A stretch of 63,650 bases of DNA, the filler included, from Vannella sp. (Eukaryota), in assembly GCA_023345925.1 (NCBI GenBank). It is 7 parts of 7 records of this genome, joined end to end, with 100 filler letters (N's around TTAATTAATTAA, not from the genome) between each part and the next. Parts side by side here need not be neighbours in the genome. Positions count along the whole stretch, not along the records: positions 1 to 16,558 come from JAJQQN010001315.1; 6 more parts are not named here. The stretch is one strand, 5' to 3'. The notes beneath the pieces were generated by a model, which was not told the DNA's origin, made no database searches, and saw only the letters and a list, made by a program, of their open reading frames with translations. Below are positions 1 through 10,354 of the stretch, piece by piece; the stretch's first letter is position 1; each line of letters starts with the position of its first letter. Position numbers and translations under genes: made by a program.

Positions 1-36
1 GGCCCTCCAGTACCTTCTGCAACACGGATACATCTC

Positions 37-1073
37 TTAGTTCGCCAGAAGTGGATAGAGCCTTTGGAACACCTCTGTGAGATAGAGGAGTGGCCATGAA
101 TGATTCGTGAGCTCTGGGTAGAGAGAGGTGAAGACTACGTGATGCGAACCTGAGCTAGAGGAGATCTCCTCCAGCTCCTGAAGTGACGCTCTGTCGGCTC
201 TTAGTCCCACCAGGAGGACGGAAATGCCCCCAAAGGCGTGGTCTATGATGGGGAGCCAACCTACTCTTGGTGAGAGGAGAAGTTGAGGAGGGACACTCTT
301 ACCATCAATTGCCTGGCGAAAGGAAGGAAGTGTGGCGTCAAAGAAGAGCAAGATTCCCTCGATATCGGCGGTGGCGAGCCTTTGCCAAAGCCTCTCCATT
401 GGTTGGTCATCAAACCCGAAGATGCCTCGTTTGCCTGGACGGCAGTCCACCATGCAACTGAAGTACGCTCCTTCTTGTGTTGGGGGATGGTCTGTCTCCA
501 CTGTTCACCATCTCAGCGGGATATTCACTGTATTGAATGGTCTTACCACTATCCATTGCAGAGGACCAGATGAAGCTAGCAAGTGAGAGTCAGCTGGGGA
601 TGTAGAGTGGAGAAAGCGCTTGCCTTGTTTTCCCGATTCCTTGATCCCCAAGCGAGAGAATGGTAAAGGATGCAAAGGGAACATCATTCTTCCACTCTAG
701 CTGTTGCTTGCGATGCCGCATCACTTCTGAACGGCTCTCTGTCAACCGCAGAAGACGGGTGTAGACCACACGAATCTCTGTCTCAGGATCTGACGTTCGC
801 AAGAGTGCAATAGAGGCTCCTATTAGCTTAGGGAACTCCAAAGAGATCTTTGTAGCCCACAGATCACCCTCCTGTAGCTGCAACAGCAGTAAGACTCAAT
901 CCCCAACCACAGCGTTCCCCTCACCATCCTCTCCCACCCGCTGCACACTTGGCGGCAAGCCTGAAGAGTGAGAGCACAACGAACACGAACCAAGATCATC
1001 CAAACCAACTTCCCTTATCAACCCGTTGCCATCGAAAGGTCTCAGAGACGCTCACCTCATCAGGAAGAGTCAT
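37..1073 (-). CDS. F-box protein with a C-terminal divergent small-GTPase-like domain (multi-exon)
   Basis: Splicing from the ATG at 1073 gives MTLPDE|LVWMILVRVRCALTLQACRQVCSGWERM|LQEGDLW (F-box pattern LP.E...I....L....VC..W....D.LW). Downstream are FTILSLGDQGIGKT (P-loop), ILLFFD and VLLVGLRAD (G4-like). Exon junctions were inferred by eye. Confidence 0.55.
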
Positions 1074-1162
1074 ATCCTGCAATTGAATAAAATATCTCAA
1101 AATATCTGAAAGGTTGGTTTAGGTGAAATGGGACTTTCTTGCCATTCGCTCCACACTCCGCC

Positions 1163-1508
1163 ATGGAAGCACGGCCGCAGGATCTTGCTCAACAGCTCCA
1201 ACACCTCCACATAGAGAAGGGATTAGCCATTTCATCGGTCGCGCCAACTCCTCCAGCCTCGGCCTCTGGCAAGTCGGTTCCGATTCCTCAAAGCTCGGTC
1301 ACTTCCCCATCGACCTCTGCCCTTCCCACGACAAGGTGAGCAAGAAGAACAAGGTATATCGCAGAAGTACTCACTCGTTGCCTTTAGTAGGGCCTCCGAT
1401 ACGGATCCAGAAGGGTTCGGAAGTGAACTCAGCTTCCTCCTCACCAAGGTGCAGCTGTCGACCCCTACCCACCCCACTGCTTCTATGGAGTGGTCCTACA
1501 TCATGTAA
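1163..1508 (+). CDS. Small S/P/T-rich hypothetical protein, two exons, ending ...MEWSYIM
   Basis: ATG at 1163 and a GTGAGC...CTTTAG intron (~1336-1387) join in frame to a TAA at 1506-1508. No recognisable family. Confidence 0.45.
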
Positions 1509-1609
1509 TAACATCTAACTACCTCCTCCGCTACCCGAAGAATGAGACGGAGTGTTCTTCTCTTCAGAGCCCCTCACTCTTCTCCACCAGGACATGCGAA
1601 CAAACAGGT

Positions 1610-2831
1610 TTACCTCAATGATTTGGCAGCTGTGTGGAAGCGATCAGGTTTGCGTGAGACTCGTTTCTTGTAAAAGTCGAGCGAATTACTCCCCAGGGTA
1701 GCTCCTTCGTACTCCATCAGCTGCATCTTGAAGCCTTCATTGACCTTGAGACAAGGATGAACCTCACTGAAAAGGCTCCAAGCCTTGTTCAGGTCCCAGC
1801 CTTTCTTCTTGATCAAATCTAGCCGGGGAGTGAGTCACAATTACTCCAAAACGGATGGGAGCTGTCTCACATGCAATAATCACTGATGGGGAGCGACTTT
1901 GGCCCATCTGGCAATGAACTAGAACAGATCCGGTGCTGCTAGAGAGGTGTCGGTCGATGAAATCGGCCGCTTCGTCGAAAAACTTGCTCAGAGGAGCGTC
2001 AATCGAGTCGCTGACAGGGATCTTAAAGTAGGAAAGTGCAAAGCCTTCTTCTGCCCCATCAAGGGAGCTGTCATCCCCCACAATGCGATTGACATTCCGA
2101 TTCTCCTTCTCCTCTTTGACGGAATTCACGCGATTCTCTCCTTCTTCAAAGTAGTTTGGCAGCTCCTTGGTTGCATTGACTACAGCAGTGACACCCCATT
2201 GCGTTAAAAGCTCTTGATTGTGAGCCACGAGGGAGCCTCCCACAAAAATGCGGTCCACCACTTTCAGGCCTTCGTAAGGATATCTTTCAGAAGGGCTTTG
2301 CTCCATTGGCTCCTTCTTCTTACGGGTGACTTGCTTGGCAGGTGCTCTTCCTCGCTTCTTAGGCTGAGGAATCCCATCTAATACCCGAAGAGCCTGACGA
2401 GCTCTTCTCTTTCGGTCTTCTTGGGCTTGCGAAGCGCTCCCTTTGGCTCGAGGAGTGGCTTTGGGTGCTGAGGACGCAAGAGAAGCTTCTTGAAGTGGTT
2501 CTGTGTCTTGTACAATCTGACTACGAGCAAGGAGAGCCTGGGACTTGGCCTGAAGCTTGCGCGGGTCCCTTTGAGGAGCGACATTCGTCTGGGCTTTCGC
2601 CAAAGCTCGAAGCGGCTGCTTTGAAAGAGGGACAAAGGAAGGAGCCTCAAAAGTCTCTGCCACAGGCGCATAGTTGTGGAACCAGTCCGTTGGAGTGGGC
2701 TCCAACTTGGCGCGTTTTAGAGTGGGAGCGTCGATCTCCCTCAAAAGGTCCTCCACAGACCGATCAACAGCGTCCCCATCACGCCTCCGCTTCTCTCCTG
2801 ACAACACTCGAAAGCTAAACTGGTCAGCCAT
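1610..2831 (-). CDS. Dual-specificity protein phosphatase
   Basis: VLVHCQMGQSRS (HCxxGxxRS), IPVSDS, and after intron 1819-1870 the C-terminal YLIK...NEGFKMQL motif. Confidence 0.9.
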
Positions 2832-2914
2832 AGCGTCAGGGTGTGTAAATGGAACGATCTCAATCAACGGCGACGGTTTGGCAGTTTCCCGCCAAAACGG
2901 GAACTTCGTTTACT

Positions 2915-3876
2915 CTAGCTCATGTTCCATCCGTGGGAAACTGTGAGGCTCTGGCCAGTAAGGGAGCAAGAGTTGGAGTCTGCTAGGAAGCAGCAGGTGC
3001 GGGAGACCTCCTCAATGGTGGTAAACTGCTTGTCGACCGTGTTGGCCAACATGACTTGCGAGATGACTTGCTCCTCGGTGATGCCAAGCTTGGCAGCTTG
3101 TTCAGGGATCTGCTTCTCAACAAGGGGTGTGAGGACAAACCCAGGACACACCAGATTGCTGCGAATCAAGTCAGGGCCGCCTTCTTTGGCCAACGCTCTA
3201 GTGAGGCCCAGAAGGCCATGCTTAGCGGCAATATAGGCACTCTTGCATAGGGATGCTTCCTTGGAGTGAACAGATCCCATGAAGATCACGCACCCGCCCC
3301 TTAACAAGGCTCAGTGCACATTGAAAGGGGAGGAATTCGACATTCCTCTTACCTGCGGTTGTTCTCAGCGATCTTCATCCGCTTGACAGCTTCACGAGAG
3401 GTAAGGAAAGATCCAGTCAGATGCACGTCGATCTTGAAGGGACCAGCACTTATCAATCAGACAGTTGAGGATCGAAAGGTGACGTACCATCTTCTGCCAG
3501 TCCGTAAGAGTGAACTCAACAAAGGGAGCGATGTGCTGGAACCCAGCATTGGCTACAAGAACGTCGACTCGCTCGGAACGAAAGTCTTTGGCAATCTTAC
3601 GGAACCCTTCGACGACTTGCTCCTCCGAAGTGACGTCCATCTCCACTGCCAAGGCTTCTCCTTTCAAAGCAATGATCTCTACTAAGAGGTTAGTCGACTC
3701 TCTCCTCTTCACGACCACCATCACTCACCCCTCTGAGTAATCGCAGCATTGGCCAACGACAAGTCACAGACCACAACCCGAGCTCCTTCCTGTGCCATCT
3801 TCAAGGCAACACCTTTCCCAATACCACTCCCAGCACCAGTCACCACAGCAATCCCTCCTCGCAAGAAACCAGCCAT
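2915..3876 (-). CDS. D-3-hydroxybutyrate dehydrogenase-like short-chain dehydrogenase (multi-exon)
   Basis: VTGAGSGIG, VANAGFQHI, GSVHS..AS..KSAYIAAKHG (YxxxK) and CPGFVLTPLVEKQI are typical of the BDH subfamily of SDRs. Confidence 0.88.
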
Positions 3877-3972
3877 CGCCAAGCCCCAATCAAAGAATGA
3901 CCCAAAACGCACAATTCGGGAGTGCCTCTCGCTGATTGGTGGGTTTAAGGGAGAGGCCCAAAGCGACGTTTG

Positions 3973-6330
3973 TTAGTTTATGTATTCTGCAGGGATGCGA
4001 ATGGGTTGGAAGAGCTTCCGGCGGTGTTTGAAGGAGTGGTGGAGAGGAGTTTGGACTTTTGTCAAACTGGAACGTGTTGGTCGGAGTCCTCCTGACTCCT
4101 TTTTGAGAGAAGATAAGAGCTCTTCGTGAGGTGGAAGCAGGAACGCCGTCATATCGATCAGCGTTTGCGTCTTCTTCTCATGTCGAGTTACAAAATAGTC
4201 CTTCTGAACGTCGCTTGAGAGAGCGAGAGCCACGTGGTGACCATAAACTTCATCTCTTTGACTCACATCCCAGTGGTTCGCTTGGACCAGGTAAATAGGT
4301 TGCCCCGGGTGCTCCTCATTCATTTTGGCGACTGACCGAAGCTGCGCTGTCGAGGAGCCACTTGAACAGAGGAAGACGCGAACATGGTAGACTTTCTGGA
4401 ATGGCTCAACAAGATTGGTAAAGTTCTTCAGCATGGTGAAGCGATCAGAAGCCTTCCGAGGGATAAAGTGATTGATTGAAAGTGAATTCATCGCGGAAAG
4501 GAACTCGCCGGAGCAGAGCGGGCGATTACCAGTCTTAACAAAGAACCAAATGAAACATATTTTGTCTCTTTTGTTGCCAGTTTGCATCGCAACGCAGCGG
4601 ATAGAGGGAAAATCAGAAGGTAAATCGTAACTTACAATACACTTTGAGAGAGTCTCTTCAACTCGCGGTGCCGGAATACCTGAAGGGAAGTAATCGGTTC
4701 TTTGGCGAATGTGGAAGTTCTCTAAGGTCCCTGCCACGGGCAATTGCAGAATGCATTGACTTCTAACTTCCTCGGGAAGGAGAGATGTGTCAAGTCCCCA
4801 TCCTTGAAGAAAGTCTTCCAATGGTTTACCGTGAAAGTTGCGGAACAACTGAGAGAGAACTCCTTGTAAAATCAAAGGATGTGCGACTGCCAAATTCTCC
4901 TCTTCGCAGGAAAGTGCGTTGGAAAGGCTCCTTCCCAGTAGCTCGTCAAGGATTGAACAGGGAGATCGACCATTCAGAGTCACCAGATATTCCAAAAAAG
5001 CAATAACGCATCCTTCCTTCAAATTCACCAATCCATTCTCCCACAGCCCTATTCCACTTCGTACAAGGACATTCGTCACAGTAGTATAATCTGCACATTG
5101 CTGGTCTAAATAGCCTCCGCAGAAATAGATGGATCTGTACAACGTGGCGATAATGAACTCAAGTCTTTCGTCGTCAGATAGCCCAATCAAGAGCGGAAGA
5201 GAACCTTCGAGTTGACGAAAGGTATCCTGGCAATAGCGTTGCTTGCAGTAAGAGACGGAAGATTCCTGAGCGTCAGTAGGAAAGTAAGAGGCAAAGATGC
5301 CAACTCGGCTGGCATAGAATTGAGTATCTGGGAAAGATGACCTCAAAACACCCTGGCAATGCGAGAGCGAGTTCTGAGGAGTTGAAGAAAAGACTTCCAA
5401 GCGACCACCAATGTCACATTGCAGGACACGAGGGTCAGAACTCACAAAAATGCCTGGATTGTTCCCTGTGACTTGGGACAAGGACTGGAGAACCCAATAC
5501 AAACCGAGGAGGACGTCGGTAGGATATTGGTATCCTAGTAGAAAGCCTGAAGGATCATCTTCTGAGGTCAGGCAAGAACGGAAGGTTGACTCGTGAGACA
5601 TGCACTGAAGTAGTTCATCACTGCGTCCCTCAATCAGATCAGCAAAGCCATCGTGGAAGAAGCATCCAGAAGCTTGTCCGTAGAGAAGCTGGGAGTCATC
5701 AATGGCGATGAGAGGGAATCCCAACCGTTCGAAGCTCTCCTTCAGCTGAATTTCACTCTCTTTCTCGCTCACCTCGCTTGACATTCGCTCAAATAGTTGG
5801 ATGAGATGATGGTCTAAAGTGTGCTTCTCTAGAATTCCATAAAAAGAGGACAAGAGACTTCCTGAGAGTGGATCAATCGGATCAAGAGAACAAGGATGTC
5901 CTGAAGCCTGCTTAGCGTCGACGAGAGACACATGAGAAGCTTCCAGTAACGTTCCCAGTAGGAATGTACTCAAGAAGTTAAGCGTCAGATGCAAATACGC
6001 AAGGATGAATAGCCGAATTCGATGAAGGACATGATGATGGCTGGCGATCCTTTCTGTGAGAAGGGTAGTTCCCTGTGCGGACCAACGCAGAGGTTCTAAG
6101 GACTGACGGAAGTGAATCAAGAAAGCGCTTTGGCGGCAGGGGATGAGTAATAAAGGCAGTCGCTTTCCTGCTTCCCTAATAAGAGAACTTTTCCCGCTCA
6201 TTGGCCCTTGCAAGAGCAGCTTTCGTCCTTCTGTTTTGGCACTGAGCCACTCTACAAAGTCCTGACGCTGTTCCACCTGGTCTGTGACGGGTTCAAGAAG
6301 TTCCCAAAGTCCCTTATCAAACGGCGGCAT
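3973..6330 (-). CDS. Divergent Crinkler/CR-type P-loop NTPase-like protein (785 aa)
   Basis: Long intronless ORF with LLLQGPMSGKS (Walker A-like) and IAIDDSQLL (Walker B-like). Layout parallels the ORFs at 10355 and 33933; the nuclease motif looks degenerate. Confidence 0.45.
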   Translation of the reverse strand: MPPFDKGLWELLEPVTDQVEQRQDFVEWLSAKTEGRKLLLQGPMSGKSSLIREAGKRLPLLLIPCRQSAFLIHFRQSLEPLRWSAQGTTLLTERIASHHHVLHRIRLFILAYLHLTLNFLSTFLLGTLLEASHVSLVDAKQASGHPCSLDPIDPLSGSLLSSFYGILEKHTLDHHLIQLFERMSSEVSEKESEIQLKESFERLGFPLIAIDDSQLLYGQASGCFFHDGFADLIEGRSDELLQCMSHESTFRSCLTSEDDPSGFLLGYQYPTDVLLGLYWVLQSLSQVTGNNPGIFVSSDPRVLQCDIGGRLEVFSSTPQNSLSHCQGVLRSSFPDTQFYASRVGIFASYFPTDAQESSVSYCKQRYCQDTFRQLEGSLPLLIGLSDDERLEFIIATLYRSIYFCGGYLDQQCADYTTVTNVLVRSGIGLWENGLVNLKEGCVIAFLEYLVTLNGRSPCSILDELLGRSLSNALSCEEENLAVAHPLILQGVLSQLFRNFHGKPLEDFLQGWGLDTSLLPEEVRSQCILQLPVAGTLENFHIRQRTDYFPSGIPAPRVEETLSKCIVSYDLPSDFPSIRCVAMQTGNKRDKICFIWFFVKTGNRPLCSGEFLSAMNSLSINHFIPRKASDRFTMLKNFTNLVEPFQKVYHVRVFLCSSGSSTAQLRSVAKMNEEHPGQPIYLVQANHWDVSQRDEVYGHHVALALSSDVQKDYFVTRHEKKTQTLIDMTAFLLPPHEELLSSLKKESGGLRPTRSSLTKVQTPLHHSFKHRRKLFQPIRIPAEYIN

Positions 6331-6337
6331 GTAAAAA

Positions 6338-6410
6338 TGGAGATTGAGGGCATCGATCCCCCTGCCTCTCCCATGCTAAGGGAGCGCTCTACCACTTGAG
6401 CTAAATCCCC
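6338..6410 (-). tRNA. tRNA-Ala, anticodon AGC
   Basis: Reverse complement is GGGGATTTAGCTCAAGTGGTAGAGCGCTCCCTTAGCATGGGAGAGGCAGGGGGATCGATGCCCTCAATCTCCA: 73-nt cloverleaf, G3:U70 alanine identity pair, eukaryotic Ala-type ATCG T-loop, followed by TTTTT (Pol III terminator). Confidence 0.96.
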
Positions 6411-6763
6411 GAATCGCGATTCTCAGGCGCTGAAAAATTTTCGAATCGTACGATAATATTCCCATTAACCGTTGTGTCTTCTGGTTTTCTTTTTGGTGGG
6501 GTTTCTGGCTGTTTTTCTTTCTTCGGGTTCCTGGGGAAATGCTTTTTGTGGAGTGTTGTCTCAACTATGAATTGTTGTGTCAGAGTTCACAGCTTGCAGA
6601 ATTACATCGGACTTGGTTTACTGGGGCGCAGTGAACTTCAACTCTCTGTTAGCCTTTGTCAGATTTCTTAGGTGCAGGTTTTCAGTTTGGGGAATTCTGG
6701 ATGGCCGTCCCCAAAATGCGGAAGTTTTTGGGCGACAGATAGGTGGAACTCTCATTCCTTTTC

Positions 6764-7804
6764 ATGTCCCTTCCTGGTTCCACTGACCGCGAGAAGCTTG
6801 CCGCTTTGTGTGAGCTGACTTATCAGCAACAGATTGTCTGGTTCTTGAATGCTTTCTGGGACAAGTATGCTGACCAAGCCGAGCGCCTTTGGGACTTCAG
6901 CTTGAAAAGTGCGGAGCTTGACCTCGAGAAACACGAAGAAGGTAACGCTCTTGATGAGGTGTCTGCTCATCGCTTCCTCGAGTCCTTCAAGGAGACCATG
7001 ACCGTGCGCGAGATGAGAAGCAAGCTCCGAGAGACTGGAGCTATTGATGAGGGTCGCCTTCCCCGTGTTCCCATCACTCACATCCTCATCTTCCGTTACA
7101 ACGTGGACTGGAAGTACCTGGTCAACGCCTCACAAGGTGACAACAAGGAGGACATCGAGAAAGCTCAAAAGATGCTTGCAGCCGTCCAGGCCGCCTACCA
7201 GGAGTCCAATGAGAGAGCTGGCGAGGCTGCCCGTGCTCTGATTGAAGCCGAGTCTCGTGAAAGTGCTTCCAAGCGAGCTGAAGAGGACGCTAAGGTCAAA
7301 GAACAAGAGGCCCATGCCGCAAAGGCTGAGCTGGAGGCTGCGCTTCAAGAGCTGCACGCTCAGGAAGACGCGTACAACAGCAAGAAGTCTGACCTCGAGC
7401 GAAAGAGTGAGGAAGGAGGTGTCGTTTCTCGCAATAAGGCCAAGGCTGAGCTTGCTCAGCATCTGGCCGAGGATCCTTTGCCTCTCCGCAAGGCCAAGAT
7501 CACCCAAGAAGCTGCTGTGAAGAAAGCAGAGCGAGCTACTGCAGCTGCTGCAGAGGCAAGAACGGCTGCCGAGGAGGCGACGAAGAGAGCCACCGAGGCC
7601 AAGAACGAGAGCATCAAGGCCAAGGCTGTCGCAGAGGCTGCTCTTGCTGAAGCCAAGGCTAAGCTTAAGGAGGCAGAGGATTACCTTGAGGAGGTCAAGC
7701 GTCGCCCTGGTCAGGCCCAGGGTGCCATTTGGTGGATCGAAAGAGAGCTTCACGAGGCCAAGGCTTACAAACCAGTGAGCAAAGGTGGCTACAAGAAGAA
7801 GTAA
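6764..7804 (+). CDS. Calcium-regulated actin-bundling protein (Dictyostelium ABP34-like) with an Ala/Glu/Lys coiled coil
   Basis: QQIVWFLNAFW, EEGNALD and C-terminal GAIWWIERELHEAK match the ABP34 family motifs (QQAVHFLNAYW, GAIWWMNRDL). Strong codon bias suggests high expression. Confidence 0.8.
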   Translation: MSLPGSTDREKLAALCELTYQQQIVWFLNAFWDKYADQAERLWDFSLKSAELDLEKHEEGNALDEVSAHRFLESFKETMTVREMRSKLRETGAIDEGRLPRVPITHILIFRYNVDWKYLVNASQGDNKEDIEKAQKMLAAVQAAYQESNERAGEAARALIEAESRESASKRAEEDAKVKEQEAHAAKAELEAALQELHAQEDAYNSKKSDLERKSEEGGVVSRNKAKAELAQHLAEDPLPLRKAKITQEAAVKKAERATAAAAEARTAAEEATKRATEAKNESIKAKAVAEAALAEAKAKLKEAEDYLEEVKRRPGQAQGAIWWIERELHEAKAYKPVSKGGYKKK

Positions 7805-8020
7805 TGCTCCCATTTCATCTCAGACAGCCCCCTGAAGAGGACGTCTCTCTCTAAAGTCACTCTTTGTCGCTCCTCGTTCACATGGCATGACTGAAGCCAC
7901 AGTCACTCCCAAGAGTACTTGGAGAGGGAAGAGAAGCGTCTTGAGTTGCGTTAGAGACCCGTCAAGGACGAAAGGTCACAAAAAGAGCGAATCTTCGCCT
8001 TCATTCGGTGGCAAACGAGA

Positions 8021-8718
8021 TCAGGGTTGAGCAGAGGAGTTGGAATGCCACTCCATGCTGGGGTGCTTGGGAGAAGGCAGGTTGTGGGACAGAATCCGTC
8101 CCATCAAGGTGGCTGGGTCCTCTTCGAAGATCACAAGGTCTCGCATCCGCTCTTGGATGAAGCCAGAGGCTATCGCTGTGTCAATGAGGACGCGCAGAGG
8201 CTCGTAGTAGCCTTTGACGTTCAAGCAACCGATGGGCTTCTCGTGGATCCCCAGTCCCGCCCATGTGATCACTTCAAACAGCTCCTCGAACGTCCCAAAG
8301 CCACCAGGCATGGCAATGAAGGCATCGCTTCTCTTGGCCATCAATGCCTTTCGAGCGTGCATGTCCTCGACTTCAATAACTTCTCCAATGCTGCAAACGG
8401 AAGCATTAGAGGTCGGTCGCTCCTTTCTTCTGCACACTCACTTGTCTCCTGAGATCTCGTGCTTGCACAAAGCAGAAGGAATCACTCCCACTACAGAGCA
8501 TCCGCCTTCATGGACGGTGCGGGCGATCACTCCCATCAGACCCACAGTCCCACCTGACTCTCTTCACCACACGAGCGAACAGCCCCCACTTGCCACTCAC
8601 CTCCATACACAAGCCCCAGCTTATGCTTGACAAGCTCCCTTCCCAAAGCCTGGCTGCTCTCTGCAAAGATTGGGTCGTTCCCACTCGATGACCCGCAAAA
8701 CACGCAAATGTTGTTCAT
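8021..8718 (-). CDS. LOG-family nucleotide 5'-monophosphate phosphoribohydrolase (multi-exon)
   Basis: [33 protein letters not shown] (PGGxGT signature) and GIHEKPIG. Confidence 0.92.
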
Positions 8719-8929
8719 GAAGACCTCCCAAGAAAGAATGCGTCGCAGGAACACTCCCCTTTTGATTGCGAACTGCAAACTTCACAAGGTACTCTTATTG
8801 CGCTCAAGACTTTATCAGCTTCCCGGATGGAGTGAGACTTCAGGTTCCCGCATGTAGTGAGTGGGCCATCTCGGAGAAGGACACACGAATGAGCCTCAGG
8901 GGTCAAGACTATTCGGTCTCCAAATAGAT

Positions 8930-9100
8930 GCCACTTCATGCTCTTGGTGCTTGAGATAAGGCAGGTTGTACGACAGAACTCCCATCAAGGTGGCTGGGTC
9001 CTCTTCGAAGATCATTGGGTCTCAGTTTCGCTCTTGGGTGGAGCCAGAGGCCCTTCGTATCCCTTGACATTCAGAAAAGCTTCGCTACCCTTGGCCATCG
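8930..9100 (-). pseudogene. Decayed, internally deleted copy of the 3' part of the LOG gene
   Basis: TCCCATCAAGGTGGCTGGGTCCTCTTCGAAGATCA is shared exactly with ~8100-8134. Flanks translate MAKGSEAF/LNVKGYE versus MAKRSDAF...LNVKGYYE, with the PGGFGT core deleted. Confidence 0.8.
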
Positions 9101-9190
9101 GTGCTGCTCCAGGTCCCAGTTGGATCGCGTGCCAGTAGAGCAATGAATGTGAGTGTATTGACAGTTGCCTGTTGTCCAGGCTGAACTCCG

Positions 9191-10205
9191 TCAAGCTGTG
9201 AGGGTGGAGTTGGGGGAGCAGGCCTCGATAAACCCGAAATAGTCCAAATGGTCACTGACGGACCGGTTGATCTTGATCGAGTCTGAGCAAGAAGGGTCCT
9301 CTCCACTGCTTTTGCATGTGCGGAATGTCATTGCTGCCGTCAGGGTGAGCACATTATGACTTCTTCAAGGCAGCTGAGAGCAGCCACTTACATTGAGAGG
9401 GGTTTTCCCACACCTCTGTGGCCACATGAGAGAAGCCCAACACCTTTGGCGGTACTGTGGGGACAACGTCTCGTCCATTCACCACACGGAACGTATTGGG
9501 AATACGAGAATCGTAGTACTGAGCAAACTCTGAGTTACCCACTCGTGGACACCCGTAGTTGTACACATTAAGTGATTTGAGACCTGAGCTGTACAGCTCA
9601 AGCGCGCAAAGAGTCGAAATGGCAGCACCCAAGGAGTGGCCAGTCACCCAGATTTGGTAAGTGGGATTCTCCTGAGCTAGATCTTGGACAATCGGAATCA
9701 CTTGAGGTAACAGCGCGTTCCACTCATCCAGGAATCCTTTACCGACTGTCAAACCCGTCATGTTTTTGTATGGAACTGATTGGAGGGACTGTAGATCAAT
9801 GAGCCATCCAGCGACATTGTCGGTTCCCCGGAAGGCCACGACAACTAATGGAGGTCAGCGCACTTGGACTTTGAGATAGAAGACGGTCTTACTTGTTCGG
9901 TGTTCCTTGTGGATACCGATGATGCCAAAGGCTTGAAGTCGAGCCACATAGGGGAACGCAATGGGCTGAAAGTCCTTGATTGAGGGCTCCTGGCACCAGG
10001 AACAGCTCCAAGAGTTGAGGATCTTACGAGGACAGTATGTAGCATAAGAGTAGAACACGAAATCTCTCCCCAGGGTAGAATTCCAAGTCCACGAACCCTC
10101 TAAAGGACCCAAGTCAACTCCTTCCCCTCCCCACAAAGAGAACAAACCTCCTATCACCACAAGAGAAGCCATCACAAGGACAAAGACAACACTTCCAAGC
10201 CTCAT
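9191..10205 (-). CDS. Class 3 (fungal-type) lipase with N-terminal signal/TM segment (multi-exon)
   Basis: VAFRGT, VTGHSLGAA (GxSxG), NYGCPRVGN, DVVPTVP, and a last exon with GEDPSCS...DHLDYFG (catalytic His). Confidence 0.93.
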
Positions 10206-10354
10206 TGTCGGACTCGCCACCGGAATGATCGATGAATGGTCCAATCAAACTCACAGAATCGGAACAATCGGTCAACGAAAATCCCGATCGGCCCGCCATT
10301 CGTGCGAATGAACAGATTTTTCCAAGTCGGAACCGACTTTCGCTCAAATGTTGT

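Noticed and set aside
7130..7813. Long antisense ORFs over ABP34, MDH, CHD and other genes
   Set aside because: Shadow frames caused by codon bias of the sense genes.
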